A program made the position numbers and the translations under genes. From Chiloscyllium plagiosum (taxonomy: Eukaryota), in the NCBI RefSeq assembly GCF_004010195.1, contig NC_057719.1:9968170-10032169 (forward strand): a stretch of DNA of 64,000 bases, given 5' to 3'. The notes beneath the pieces were generated by a model. That model searched no databases. It was not told the DNA's origin and was given only the letters and a program-made list of their open reading frames with translations. Shown in pieces: positions 22,066 to 35,680 of this stretch. How positions within the stretch are numbered: position 1 is the first letter of the stretch; every line of letters begins with the position of its first letter.

Positions 22066-24256
22066 AAATATAAGCTGTTCATATCTTTATTGTTTAACAA
22101 TGATAACCAGCAACATTGAGCATATCAAGGCATTACACCTTGTCATCGCTAATTGTGAAATATAAAATCAAGTCCAGTTTACATCTGTAACAATGACTGG
22201 GTCGGACTATGATTGCATTTGCAACAGCTTTCAATAGAATTTTAACTTCTAATCCATCTTTCTCCTTGTGCATTATGCACATGGTTGGAAACATTAAATT
22301 AAAACTTGATGTTCCTCCAAATCATAGACTCGTACTTTCAATGATGGTGCCAGATCAAAGTTAAATTATCTCGGGGTATGGTAGCACAGTCATTATGTTA
22401 TTGGTCTGGTAACTCAGAAGTCTGGAGTTGAATACAAATTCCACAGTGGCAGCTGATGAACTTAAATTCAATTTGTTATGTTATTCCAGAATTAAAAGCT
22501 AGTATCAGTAACAGTGATTGAATGATCAGAAAGGCCCTTCTAATCATCTTTAGGGAGCAAAACTACTGACCTTATCCAATCTCGACAATGTATGACTTCA
22601 GATCCACTGCAGTGGGGCTGGCTTTTAACTATTCCCTGAAACACTCAGCCACAGCATCACCTTCTCAAGGACAATTAGCATTGCAAAAGAAAAATACACT
22701 CTCAAACTTGCCAGCAATGTGCACATCCCAGGAATGAAACACACAGACTCCAGTATTACTCAAATGGATCTTCATTCACACTGTCCTGATACTTTATTGC
22801 ATTGTATTTTCTTGGCTTTTCAGTTTGTCAGGGTTCCTCGAAACAGTGCTGTTTACAGTGAATATTGAAGCATCTATTTAAAGACTAACACAAAGCGCAC
22901 ACAATCTTAAGTATTAACATCAAATTCCATCCTAGATTCTCTAACTGGTTTCATCCATTCTGCTCAATTGGTACCTTCAGTATTGTTAACAAATAAAATC
23001 AGCTTATGTCATGAATAGAATATCAATACTTTATTGCAAAGAAAACCCCAGACCATTCCTTACCTAATTATAAATGGATAAAGTAAAAGACCTAGGGACA
23101 GATACTGGTCTGACTCCATTTGACTACTGTGTTTACTTCCTGTCACTCCAGCAAAGTTAAGGCAACGTAAAAGGAAATGTAGTTAAACAAGTATCATGAA
23201 TTAGACATCTGAGTCACAAGTACGGCATCAGCTGAGAAGATGGAATTTTTTGGACACATGTCAGTGGATCTGTAGCTGAGAGCAAACTGAGGAGCCTGGA
23301 CAATTCACCCAGTGGTCTCCTAACTCTATAGTTATGGTTATGGTTGAGGGTAGCACAATGGCCTGAGAATCTGGAATGCGCCGTTATTGCTGGGAGGATT
23401 TCAGAGTCCAGTGGCGGGCAAACAGCTGATAACTTTGCTTGGGTCTTGGGCAGTAACACGGGAAAGGCACATACATAACTGGACTCTATACAGGTTGGAT
23501 TCCTCCACCCATCCCACCTCCAGGATCTATGTTTAGCCACATCTGTGGGTGCTCCTTCCACATCTGGACTTGCTCCCGTGACCTCCACCTTCTGATCTCC
23601 TCTTCCTTCCATGAGACCCATGTTCACCTGATCCTGTGGTGCCCTGGCATTCAGGTAGGTGGAACTGCTTGCAGTCCCAGCAGTGGCCACCATTTGAAAT
23701 AGTGCTGCTGAGACTACACAACTGCTGACTAATCAGATTGGCCGAAAGGTCTTGAAGACTTCCTCATCCTGAGTGACAACTGGATATCTTGCCACCAGCC
23801 AGAGAATGCTTAGTGAACAATCAGTGTTCATTGCAAACTCTTTGGACGGCAAGGTACAAAAACACCTCTTTTGAAGACTCCCGCACTGGGTAAATAGATG
23901 GTAAATGTGCAATCAGCCAAATAGATTGCAATTGCTATTTTCATCTTATACACAGGTTATCATCCACTTTAGTTTAATATATGTAGACATTTTACAAGCA
24001 TTATGCTACATGCACATTGCAAAAGCGATGAATCCGGTAAAGTTCAGTATGACCAGATTAATAGCCTGCAATAAAATCTTGAATGATTGACACTATGATG
24101 CCAGGATAATTTGTCACCTGAAATACTGCAGTTCTTATTTTCTAAAGAAAATGATTACTTTCTGATTTCTTGTAATGTCGCTGTCCAATTGAATGAGCAA
24201 ATCTGCCCAGATATCTCTTTGCTTACTCTGTCTGTTATTCCAAACTTTCATTGCGA

Positions 24257-24910
24257 ATCATAGCAATGTACAGCACAGAAACCAACCCTTCGGTCCAACT
24301 CATCCACGTCTATCAGGTATCCAAAAGTAATCTAGACCCATTTGCCGGTACTTGTCCCATATCCCTCTAAACACTTGCATATACCCACCCAGACCCTGTT
24401 TAAAAGTTGCAATTGTACCAATCTTCACCAATCACTCTGGCAGCTCATTCCATACATGCACTACCCTCTGCGTGAAAACGTTGCCCCTTAAGTCCATTTT
24501 ATATCTTTCCCCTCTCACCTTAAAATCTATGCCCTCTAGTTGTGAACTCCACGAGCCTACGAAAAATACCTTGTCTATTTATCCTATCCATGACACTCAT
24601 AATTTTATAAATTTGGATAAGGTCACTCCTCAGCCTCTAACATTCCAGGTAAAATAGCCCCAGCTTGGTCAACCTCAAACCCTCCACCCCGGCAACGTCC
24701 TTGTAAATCTTTTCTGTACTCTTTCAAGTTTCACAACATCTTTCCTGCAGCAGAGAGACCAGAATTGAATGCAGTACTATAAAAGCGGCCTGACCAATGT
24801 CCTGTACAGCCACAACATGACATCCCAACTCATATACTCAATGCACTGACCAATAAAGGAAGCATACCAAACACCTTGTCCACCTATCACTCCATCTTCA
24901 AGGAACTATT
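24257..24910 (-). mobile_element. HER1/CR1 3' fragment
   Basis: Reverse of the 3' region seen at 8365-9033. Confidence 0.85.
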
Positions 24911-25024
24911 TGTCTTTCCTTACCTTCCTTACCACATAAGATCTTTGGAACTCTATATCACTCAGTCTTCACTTTGTCCTATTGACCGAAGACTTTTGGA
25001 TTCCAACTCCCACAGTTCATCTCA

Positions 25025-26066
25025 GAGTCATAGAGTCATAGAGATGTACAGCATGGAAACAGACCCTTCAGTCCAACCCGTCCATGCCGACCAGATATCC
25101 CAACCCAATCTAGTCCCACCTGCCAGCACCCGGCCTATATCCCTCCAAACCCTTCCTATTCATATACCCATCCAAATGCCTCTTAATTGTTGCAATTTTA
25201 CCAGCCTCCACCACATCCTCTGGCAGCTCATTCCATACATGTACCACCTTCTGCGTGAAAACATTGCCCCGTAGGTCTCTTTTATATCTTTCCNNNNNNN
25301 NNNNNNNNNNNNNNNNNNNNNNNNNNNNNNNNNNNNNNNNNNNNNNNNNNNNNNNNNNNNNNNNNNNNNNNNNNNNNNNNNNNNNNNNNNNNNNNNNNNN
25401 NNNNNNNNNNNNNNNNNNNNNNNNNNNNNNNNNNNNNNNNNNNNNNNNNNNNNNNNNNNNNNNNNNNNNNNNNNNNNNNNNNNNNNNNNNNNNNNNNNNN
25501 NNNNNNNNNNNNNNNNNNNNNNNNNNNNNNNNNNNNNNNNNNNNNNNNNNNNNNNNNNNNNNNNNNNNNNNNNNNNNNNNNNNNNNNNNNNNNNNNNNNN
25601 NNNNNNNNNNNNNNNNNNNNNNNNNNNNNNNNNNNNNNNNNNNNNNNNNNNNNNNNNNNNNNNNNNNNNNNNNNNNNNNNNNNNNNNNNNNNNNNNNNNN
25701 NNNNNNNNNNNNNNNNNNNNNNNNNNNNNNNNNNNNNNNNNNNNNNNNNNNNNNNNNNNNNNNNNNNNNNNNNNNNNNNNNNNNNNNNNNNNNNNNNNNN
25801 NNNNNNNNNNNNNNNNNNNNNNNNNNNNNNNNNNNNNNNNNNNNNNNNNNNNNNNNNNNNNNNNNNNNNNNNNNNNNNNNNNNNNNNNNNNNNNTGACTA
25901 TCCCGAATCAGTCCTTGCCTTTCCAGATGCATGTACATCCTGTCCCTCAGGATTCCCTCCAACAACTTGCCCACCACCGAGGTCAGGCTTACCGGTCTAT
26001 AGTTCCCTGGCTTGTCTTTACCACCCTTCTTAAACAATGGCACCACGTTTGCCAACCTCCAGTCTT
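25025..26066 (-). mobile_element. Young HER1/CR1 copy spanning the assembly gap
   Basis: Right flank EDWRLANVVPLFKKGGKDKPGNYRPVSLTSVVGKLLEGILRDR; left flank is the 3' end with (gactctat)n tail. Confidence 0.85.
25294..25894. other. Assembly gap (601 N)
   Basis: Run of N. Confidence 1.
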
Positions 26067-26144
26067 CTATTTTATCCTTTTTCTGCTCATTCTTTGTTGT
26101 TTCAACTAGCACAAATCGTATTGTCACCTGAGAAAGAGGTTGTA

Positions 26145-26420
26145 AGCTACATTGTTGGAGATGCTGTATTTTGGATGAGTCTCTAAACTGACGTCTCGCC
26201 TCGCCTCACAGGTGGCTGTGACAGATCACATGGTACCAAGAGAAGCAGAGTAAACATTCATCAATGAATTATTCATTATCGTTGCTGCTGGTAGCTGGTG
26301 TGTGTAAATTAGTTGCTGCATTCTCTATGTTATAATATTGAACGGACATTAAAAGGATTTTACTGGCTATAAAATACCCAGGGATGTCCAGAAGTAGTGA
26401 ACAGAAATAGATAAAAACAA
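26145..26420 (+). mobile_element. Degenerate DeuSINE-like element (SacSINE1/AmnSINE1 group)
   Basis: tgtgtgtaaattagttgctgcattctctatgtt...tggctataaaatacccagggatgtccagaag...gtgaa resembles the Deu domain and tail as recalled. Confidence 0.55.
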
Positions 26421-26429
26421 TACCTACTT

Positions 26430-26519
26430 TTTAAAAATATAATTGCTGTAAGCAAAACAATGTGAATGGTCCTGTTTAAAAATATAATTGCTGTAAGCAA
26501 AACAATGTGAATGGTCCTG
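26430..26519. repeat. Perfect 45-bp tandem duplication
   Basis: tttaaaaatataattgctgtaagcaaaacaatgtgaatggtcctg x2. Confidence 0.95.
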
Positions 26520-26583
26520 CACAAGGCAGCTTTCCCAGTGACGAACCTGCCAAAATGATAACACACCTTGTTTGAATCTTGAG

Positions 26584-26785
26584 TACAGAGTGTGGTGCTG
26601 GAAAAGCACAGCAGGTTAGGCAGCATCCGAGGAGCTGGAAAATCGACGAATCAGGCAAGAGTCCTGGGCTTATACCCAAAACATCGATTCTCCTGCTCCT
26701 CGGATGCTACCTAACTTGCTGTACTTTTCCAGCACTACACTCTCAACTCTGACTCCCAGCATCTGGAGTTCTCACTTTCTCCAGG
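26584..26785 (+). mobile_element. PLE family A palindromic insertion with 12-bp TSD
   Basis: TSD ttgaatcttgag at 26572-26583 and 26786-26797; inverted arms. Confidence 0.85.
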
Positions 26786-27159
26786 TTGAATCTTGAGGAC
26801 CTTAACTCACATCTCACCGTATTATAAAGCAATATACTGCAGAAGCTAAGCTCGATGGGTCTCTGTGTTGTTTCTCAATAATTAGTTTACTTATCAATGA
26901 GGTCTAGAAGACATAGAAGAGCACCCTATACTTTGGTTGTCAACTTAGCTGACCATTCATTGAAAGGAATGGAATTGAATGTCCTCATTCCCAAGGAAAG
27001 CCATTTCCCCATGTCTTTGATCCCCACATCTACCATTACAATATTGATCTGCGGAAATAAATAAGGATCGCCTTAAAACACAATACTTCCTCAGTATGAG
27101 CTACTACAGGTCTTTTTAGTGCTTTTACATTGCAGATTAGTTAACTAAATGGCAATTAC

Positions 27160-30100
27160 AAACTACCAGGGGAAGGTGGGACCTGTACAAACTGAACAGG
27201 TTATACCTCAGCAGGACCTGATGTCCTTGGGAGGACTTGTGGTAAAGTGATGATGGAGGGTTTAAACTGGTGTGGAAGGGGATGGGAACCAGAGGAGTCA
27301 GGCAGTCAATGCAAAAATTGAGGGAGAGATAGAAACCAAGGCAAACAAGAACATGAGAAGAGTCGGGCAGGTGGTCTGAAATGCATGTGTTTCAATGTGA
27401 GAAATATAATAGGCAAGGTAGATGAACTTAGAGCTTTGGTTCGTACTTGGAGCTACAGTATTATTGTGATTACAGAGACTTGGCTGAAAGAGGGACAGGG
27501 CTGGCAGCTGAATGTCCCAGATTTTAGATATCTCAGGTATGATACAAAAGGGATGTAAAAGGGGTGGGGGAATTGCATTACTCGTAAAGGAGTATCTCAC
27601 AGCTGCTCTGAGGGAGGCTACATCAAGGGTTCATGCAGTGAGCCAATATGGGTGGAACTCAGGAATAGGAAAGGTGAAATCACAGGGCTAGGGATATACT
27701 ATACTGCAGGCCTCTCAACAGGAGATAGAGGAGAGAATATGTAGACAGACTTTGGAAAGATGTAAAATAGCAGGGTTGTTGTGGTGGGTGATTTTAACTT
27801 CCTCTATATTGACTCAGATTCACTGTGTGCTGGGGGCTTAGATGGGGCAGAATTTGTAAGGACCATTCAGGAGGGATTCTAGACACAATATGTAAACAGC
27901 CCAACATGGGAAGGGGTTATACCGGACCTGGTTTTGGGAAATGAGTCCAGCCAGGTGAGCGAGGTTTCAGTGGGGGAGCATCTTGGAAGCAGTGACCATA
28001 ATACTGTGAGTTTTAAGATACTCATAGATAGGGATAACAGCAGTCCTCAGGTGAAGGTGTTAATTTGGGGGAAGGTAAACTACAACAATATCAGGCAGGA
28101 ACTGGAGAATTTTGATTGGAGGTGATTGCTTGAGGGTAAATCCCAATGGACATGTGGAAGTATTTCAAATGGCAGTTGATAAGAGTTCAGGAGCAGCACA
28201 TTCATGTGAGAATTAAGGGTAGGTATGGCAAGTTCCATGGTCTCCTCACCTGAGGAAGGATGTGAAGAGGAGGTTCACCAGGCTGATTCCAGAAATGAGG
28301 GGGCTACCTTATGAGGACAGGTTAAGCCACCTGGGATTGTACTCACTAGAATTCAATAGAATGAGAGGGGATCTTATAGAAACATATAAAATTATGAAAG
28401 GGATAGATAAGATTGAGGCAGTCAAGTTGTTTCTGCTGATGGGTGAGACTAGGATGAGGGGATATGGCCTCAAGATTAGGGGGAGTATATTTAGGACAGA
28501 GATGAGGAGAAACTGCTTTCCCAGTTCTATGGAATTCTCTGTCCAAGGAAGCAGGAGAGGCAGCTCCATTAAATAGATTCAAGACACAGTTGGATGGTTT
28601 TTCGCATGGTAGGGGAATTAAGGCTAATGGGGATAACGTAGGAAGACCTGAGACGATGGATAGATCAGCCATGGTCATACTGAATGGCGGAGCAGGTTGC
28701 TATTAAAAAGGAAGAGGTGCTGTCCATCTTAAAAAATATTAAGGCAGCTGAGTGCCTGGGTCCTGAAGGGAGGGAGGCAAGAGAACAAATTGCTGGAGCT
28801 TTGACAGACATCTTTGTTTCCCCTTTGGCCACAGGTGAGTTCTGAGAGGACTGGAGAACAGCCAATGCTGTCCCATTGTTTAAGAAGGGTAGCAGGGATA
28901 ATCCTGAAAATTATAGGCCTGTGAGTCACATGTCGGTGGCAGGGAATTTATTGGAAAAGATTCTCAGGGATAAGATCTACACACATTTTAAAGCAAATGG
29001 ACTTATTAATGGTAGACAGCACGGTTTTATGTGGAGGAGGTCATGCCTCACTAACTTGATTGAGCTTTTTGAGGATGTGAGGAAGATAATTGATGATGGA
29101 AAAGTGGTTGATGTTGTCTACATGGACTTCAGTAAAGCCTATGACAAGGTCCCTCATGATAAACTGGTACAAAAGGTGAAGTCAAATGGTATCAGGGATG
29201 AGCTGGCAAGATGGATACAGCTGAAAATGTGTTACTGGAAAAGCGCAGCAGGTCAGGCAGCATCAATCGCATGAAAAGCGCAGCAGGTCAGGCAGCATCA
29301 ATCGCATTTCCAACGCCCCTCTCCCAAGTCCCTCCTCCCTACCTTTTATCTTAGCCTGCTGGACGCACTTTCCCCATTCCTGAAGAAGGGCTTATGCCCG
29401 AAACGTCGATTCTCCTGTTCCTTGGATGCTGCCTGACCTGCTGCACTTTTCCAGCAACACATTTTCAGCTCTGATCTCCAGCATCTGCAGCCCTCACTTT
29501 CTCCTCGAAGATGGATACAGAACTGGCTTAGTCATAGGAGACAGAGTATAGCGGTGGAAGGATTGTTTTGGAATGGAAGGCTGTGACTAGTGGTGTTCCA
29601 CAGGATTCAGGACTGGGAGCTCTGCTGTTTATAGTCTATATAAATGATTTGGAGGAAAATGTAGCTGATCTAATAGTAAGTTTGCAGACGATACAAAGAT
29701 TGATGGAGTTGCGCATAGTAAGGAGGATTGTCAGAGGATACAGATCAGTTGGAGGCCTGGGCAGAAAAATGGCAGATGGAGTTTAATCCAAACAAATGTG
29801 AGGTGATGCACATTAGAAGGTCAAGTCCAGGTGGAAATTATATAGTGAATGGCAGAACTCTTTGAAGCATTGATATGCAGAGGGATCTGGATGTGCAGAA
29901 GTTCATAAGATTGTGAGTTGCATGACGAGAGTGGAAAGCATGAAGCTTTTTCCTAGGGTGAAGGGGTCAATTACCAGGGGACACAGGTTCAAGGTGCAAG
30001 AGGGTAAGTTTAAAATAGATGTGTGAAGCATGTTTTTCACCCAAAGGGTGGTGAGTGCCTGGAACGTGCTGCCAGAGGAGGTGGTGGAAGCAGACATAAA

Positions 30101-30265
30101 GCAGCGTTCAAGAAGCACCTGAATGAATACATGAATAGGAAAGGAACAGAGGATACGGATCCTGTAAGTGAAGACAGTTTCAGCAAGGAAGGGCAAAATG
30201 TGGTGGCACAGGCTTGGAGGGCCAAGGAGCCTATTCCTGTGCTGTATTGTTCTTTGTTCATTGTT
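27160..30265 (+). mobile_element. Long decayed CR1 ORF2 (APE endonuclease + RT + 3' end) with nested CR1 3' piece (~28237-28697)
   Basis: ITETWL, VVGDFNFL and LGSSDHNTV endonuclease motifs; NPENYRPVS...DFSKAYDKVPH and SGVPQDSGLG RT motifs. Confidence 0.9.
29219..29507 (+). mobile_element. PLE family A insertion with short inverted arm, intact hammerhead core (29376-29411) and 13-bp TSD
   Basis: TSD aagatggatacag at 29208-29220 and 29508-29520; cctgaagaagggcttatgcccgaaacgtcga. Confidence 0.9.
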
Positions 30266-31231
30266 CTTTGTGCACAGGAGAGTGGTAGATTTTGAAAGTT
30301 AGGTACAGTCCTTTTTGATTCATTCATGGGATGTGGTCGATCCTGCATTGGCCAGCACTTACTATCCAACCCTAGTTGCCCTTGAGAAAGTAGTGGTGAG
30401 CTATCTTCTTGAACCACTGCACCTCACAATGCCCTGAGGGAGGGAATTCGAGGATTCTGATCCAGCAACAGTGAAGGAATGGTGATATATTTCCAAATCA
30501 GTATGGTGACTGGCTTGGCAGGGAACTTGCAGGTGGTATTCCCATGTATTTGCTGCCCTCATCCTTCTAGATGATAGCGGGCTGGGTTTGGAAGGTGCTG
30601 TCTGAGAAACTTTGGTGAATTTGTGCAGTGCATCTTGTACATGGTACGTATTGCTGATTGTCGGTGGTGGAGGGACTGGATGCTTATGGATGTCAGACCA
30701 ATCAAATGAGCTGCTTTTTCATGGATGGTGGAAACATTTTTGAGTGTTCTTGGAGCTACATTCATTCTGGCAAGAGGAGAGAATTCCATCACTCTCCTGC
30801 CTTTTGTCATTTAAATGGTGGAAAGACTTTGGGGAGTCAGGAGGTGAGTTACTCACTGCAATATTCCTAATCTTGCAGCCACTGTATTTATACAGTGGAC
30901 ATTGAAATTCCCCAGCCAGAGTGCATTCTATGGCCTAGCCTGATGCCTGGTGATCCATCCAGATTCATTTCTTCATTGAGACTTCACAGTGATTGATACA
31001 ACTGAGTGCCTTGCTGGGCCATTTAAGAGGACAGTTGAGAGCCTGGAGTTACATGGACAGCAATTTGCTTCCCTGAAGGGAATCAGTGAACATGATGGGT
31101 TTTTTTCCCCTGACACTTGACAATGGCTTGAAGGTCATCATTTAGAGTCTTATTTCTAGATTTATTTTTGCTGAATTCCAATCCACGATGACAGGGTTCA
31201 AACACAATTCCCCAGAACATCAATTAAAACC

Positions 31232-31420
31232 TGAGAGAATCGTGGATGCTGTAAGTCAGAAACAGAAACAGAAATTGCTGGAAAAGCTCAGTAGCTCTGG
31301 CAGCATCTGGGGAGAGCACCCTCAAAACAGAGGGGGTCACTCAATCCAAAACATTAACTCTGATTTCTCTCCACAGATGCTGCCAGAGCTGCTGAGCTTT
31401 TCCAGCAATTTCGGTTTTGG
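31232..31420 (-). mobile_element. PLE family D degenerate hairpin (others ~38345-38520, 39245-39360, 47765-48095, 51685-51785, 59205-59412)
   Basis: gaaattgctggaaaagctcagtagctctggcagcatctg / cagatgctgccagagctgctgagcttttccagcaatttc; matches the terminus of the PLE at 52630-53262. Confidence 0.75.
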
Positions 31421-32629
31421 TCCCAAGAACATTACCTTGGTCTCAGGTTTGATAGTCTAGCCATAATACCATGAGACCATCACTCCCCAACCAATCCAAT
31501 TGGCCTTTCTTTGCTCAAGTCCTTTTTCAAATGAAAATTGGCACATTCACAATGTGCAGTTATTATGTAAGATATATAGTCAATTACAATAATGATATGG
31601 TACACACAACACACAGACTATGAGATTAGTCACATTAAACAATAAGCACTTCTTGTCAGGAATGTTCCAGGCAATAATGTGCTAATGTGTTGATTAAAAA
31701 CTTTAGCCTACGGCTTCTGCATTTAATCAATACATTGATGTGGTTTATCTCCAAGGACAGTTTGGACAAGCAGAATGTATCACTATAAAACAATGGGAAT
31801 GAGAGATTGCAAAAGTTAAAATTAATGTCAGCCTGTTTATTCATACTGTCACACAGTTGTGCCAACAGCTTATGTCCCATGGCCAAATAAGAGGTGAAGG
31901 GGCAATGAAATGCTGTGTAGTTACATACTTTAAACTGACCATGTGACTGTCTCTCCATTTGGAATTGACTGAAAATGACATCACATGTTGATGCATGAAA
32001 GCAGAAATCAACTGCAGATATGAGTCAGCGCTAAAAGCCAACTCACCCAGAAAGACCACCCAAAGATATTCCCAAAGGTGTTCATTAGAAATGGATTCCA
32101 TTGTACGTTGTGTCTTGTGTTCTCACTGGGCTCTCACACCCACAATCCCAGGGGGTGGGACCTCAGCTGTGCTCTGCTCTTTAACTATTCAACCTATTAC
32201 ATCACTCGGTGGAACAAAAATAAACAAGAAACAACTTAAATTTTGCCGATAATCTGAACCCACGGATTCACCGTGTAAGTACTGCCTCTCAAATAAAAGT
32301 CTCTTTATAAGTGAAGTTCAGAAAAACTGTGTGCACTCAGACATACGGAGCAAAGTCTGATTTCTGTCATGATGCTGACTAAGTGAAGCACTGGAAGGCT
32401 CCTAATGGATGGAAATACATGATAGGTTTCCAAGAGAGGAACAGATAATACTTAATGGGTACCAAAAAACAAAAAATCTTTTAAAGAGTACCTTAAATAT
32501 ATCCATTAAATCAGGTCCATGTGACAAGACTTTAGATTTTGAGGAGAATATTTTAATCAGTGTATCCCAAGTAAGCAGAAAGTTCTGTAACAGTAGTAAA
32601 TAGAGAATAAAAATGGGTTCTACTACAGA

Positions 32630-34310
32630 AAGACAAGAAGAAATAGGAATGGGGCAGGCCATTCAGCCCTTTGAATCATAGAATCCCTACAGTGCAGAAA
32701 GAGGCCATTTGGCCAATTGAGTCTGCACTAATCCTCTGAACAGCACCCCACCCGGATCCAACACCCCCATTCCAGAGCCCCTCATGTGTTTTTTTACCAT
32801 GGCTAACCCAGCTAACCTGCTTTTGCTTTCAGCATGGCCAATCCATCTCACCTGCACCCAGAGGAAACTCAAGCAGACACAGGGAGAATGTGCAAACGCC
32901 ACATGGGCAGTCATCTGAGGCTGGAATTCAGCATGCTCAGTCAATCAATCAGATCTTAGCAGATCCAATACACCTCACATCCACTTACCTGCCCTTTCCA
33001 TGTTTCACCTACTGATCAAGAATCTATCTCAGCCTTAAACAAGAAGTCTGCTCTCACAGCTCTCTGTGGCAAGGAGTTCCAAAGACTCACAACCCTCTGA
33101 AAAAAGAAATTCCTTCCAATCTCAGTCTTAAATTGGTGTCTCTTTAATCGAAGACAATGGCCTCTGGTCCTAGACTCCGCCATGAGAGGAAACAGCCTCA
33201 CAGCATTTACCTCGCTAAGCCCCTTAAGAATCCAAAGTGTTTCAGTAAAATCACATTTCATTCTTGTAAATTCCAATGGGAAGAGTCCTAACCTGCTTAA
33301 GCTCTGCTTATAAGACAATCTCTCTGTACCCGTTAGCATCCCAGTCAACCTTCATAGGGTCATAGAGATGTACAGCATGGAAACAGACCGTTTGGTCCAA
33401 CCCGTCCATGCCGACCAGATGTCCCAAACCAATTTAGTCCCATCTGCCAGCACCCGGCCCATATCCCTCCAAACTTTTCCTATTCATATACACATCCAAA
33501 TGCCTCTTAAATGTTGCAATTTTACCAGCCTCCACCACGTCCTCTGGCAGCTCATTCCATACACATACCACCCTTTGTGTGAAAACGTTGCACCTTAGGT
33601 CCCTTTTATATCTTTCCCCTCTCACCCTAAACCTATGCCCTCTAGTTCTGGACTCCCTGACCCCAGGGAAAAGACTTTGTCTATTTATCCTATCCATGCC
33701 CCTCATGATTTTGTAAATCTCTATAATATCACCCCTCAACCTCCGACACTCCAGGGAAAACAAAAAATAATATTTTTTCTTAGATAAGGGGACCAAAACT
33801 GCCCACAGTACTCTGGATATGCTTTCACCATTGTGTGTACAGTTGCAATAAGACTTTCCTACTCTAATACTCCAAATAAGGACCAAAATTCCATTAGCTT
33901 TCCTGACCCCACCTGTGTGCTAGCTCTCTGTATTTCGTGCACAAGTACCCCCAAAGTCCCTTTGTGTTGCAGCTTTTTGCAGTTGTTCTCCATTTAAATA
34001 ATATTCTGTTTTTTTGGTTCTCCCTTCCAAAATGACCAACTTCATATTTTCCCAAATTATTCTCCATTTGTCAACATTTTGCCCTCTTAATTATCCTACC
34101 ATTATCTCTCTCTAACTGCTTGTAGCTCTTTCGCAACTTGCCTTTCCTATTTTTCTCATCTAAAAATTTGGCTACAGTACATTTGCTTCCTTCCTCTAGT
34201 TATTAATTTATATTGTAAACAGTTGCAATCTCAACACTGTTCCCTGTAGAACCCCAGTGGTTACAGATCGCTAACCTGAAAAAAAGCTCCCTAACCACAT
34301 TCACCGATTT
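32630..34310 (-). mobile_element. CR1 fragment with nested HE1 (~32675-32935) and HER1 3' end (~33353-33760)
   Basis: FFQRVVSLWNSLPQRAV; RRLRGDIIEIYKIMRGMDR...WNELPEDVVE. Confidence 0.85.
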
Positions 34311-34992
34311 GATTTACTATCACTACATGTACTGAGATGCAGTTAAAAGTACTGTTTTACATGCTAACCAGACAAATCATATCTTACATAGATAAGTCAG
34401 GATAATAGAACAGAATACAGAATGTAGTGTTACAGAGATAGAGAAGGTACGGAGGAAGATCAATTCTAATATATGAGGTCTGGTCATAAGTCCAATAATA
34501 GCAGGGAAGAAGCTGTTCTTGAATCTGTTGGTATGTGTCCTCAAAATTTTGCATCTTCTGCACAATGGAAGATGGTGGAAGAGAATATAACCAAGGTGGG
34601 AGGGGTCTTTGTTTATTTTGGATGCTTTTCCGAGGGAAGTATAGATGGAGTCAATGGAAGGAAGGCTGGTTTGTGTGATGGATTGGGCTGCGTTCTCAAC
34701 CCTTTGTAATTTCTTGCAGCCTTGGAACAAAGCAGTTGCCATATCATGCTGTAATACATCCAGATAGGACACTTTCTGTGGTGCACATTTAAAATTGGTA
34801 AGAGTCAATGTGGACATGCCCAATTTTCTGAGCCTTCAGAGGAAGTAGAGGCGTGGGTGTGCGTAGTGAAAAATGTGGATGGACCAGGAGAGATTGTTGG
34901 CGATATTTACTCCTGGGAACATGACGCTCTCAACCATCTCCACGTCAGCACCACTGATACTCACAGGGGCGTGTCCTCCACTCCATTTCTTG
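34310..34992 (-). mobile_element. Rex1/Babar LINE 3' fragment
   Basis: KKLQRVENAAQSIT...LPSIDSIY...KDPSHLG...LRTHTNRFKNSFFP. Confidence 0.85.
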
Positions 34993-35326
34993 CATATTGT
35001 CTCTACTTAAATAATCATCCAATGCCCTCTTGAATGCCTTAATTGAACAAATTGATGGAAGTTATCCTTGATCCACAGGGGCTGCCTAAAAAGGGGATGT
35101 CCATTCTCTTCAACCAAGCTTTTGACCACTTGTCCCAACAATTCCTCGTGTCACTCAGTCTCAAACATTGCTTGTTAATGCTCCTTTTGAAGTGTTTTTG
35201 ACTGCTCTAAAGGCATTGCATGATTACACACTGTTCTTGCTGCTGCGCTCAACGTGCAGCACAGCTACAAGAAGTCAATAAAGTCTTCTGGTACCTGACC
35301 ATTGTACACAACCAGTATGACCAACT

Positions 35327-35680
35327 GGGCAGTGCAGTGGCTCAGTCGTCAGCAATGCTGCCTCATAGCACTAGGGACACACGTTCAATTCTACCCTGAG
35401 GCGACTGTCTGTGTGGAATTTGTATGTCTTCCTCTTGTCTGCATGGGTTTCCTCTGGAGGCTCTGGTTTCCTCCCATAGTCTAAAGATGTAGAGGCTAAG
35501 TAAATTGGCTGTGCTAAATTGCCCAGGATGTGCAGGCTAGGTGGGTTGGCCATGGGAAATGCAGTGTTACAGGGATAGGGGAGGGGGTTGGGTCGAGGTG
35601 GGATGCTGTTCAGAGGGTCAGTGCAGACTCCATGGGCTGAATGGCCTCTGTCTGCACTGTAGGTGTTCTGTAATTCTATG
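35327..35680 (+). mobile_element. HE1-type V-SINE
   Basis: Same family as 50971-51288. Confidence 0.85.

Noticed and set aside
25255..26127. ~280-aa ORFs
   Set aside because: Artefact of reading through N; the real part is CR1 RT
32100..32280. Possible plus-strand non-coding exon ending at gtaagt (32275)
   Set aside because: A donor motif alone, with no CpG island or acceptor support
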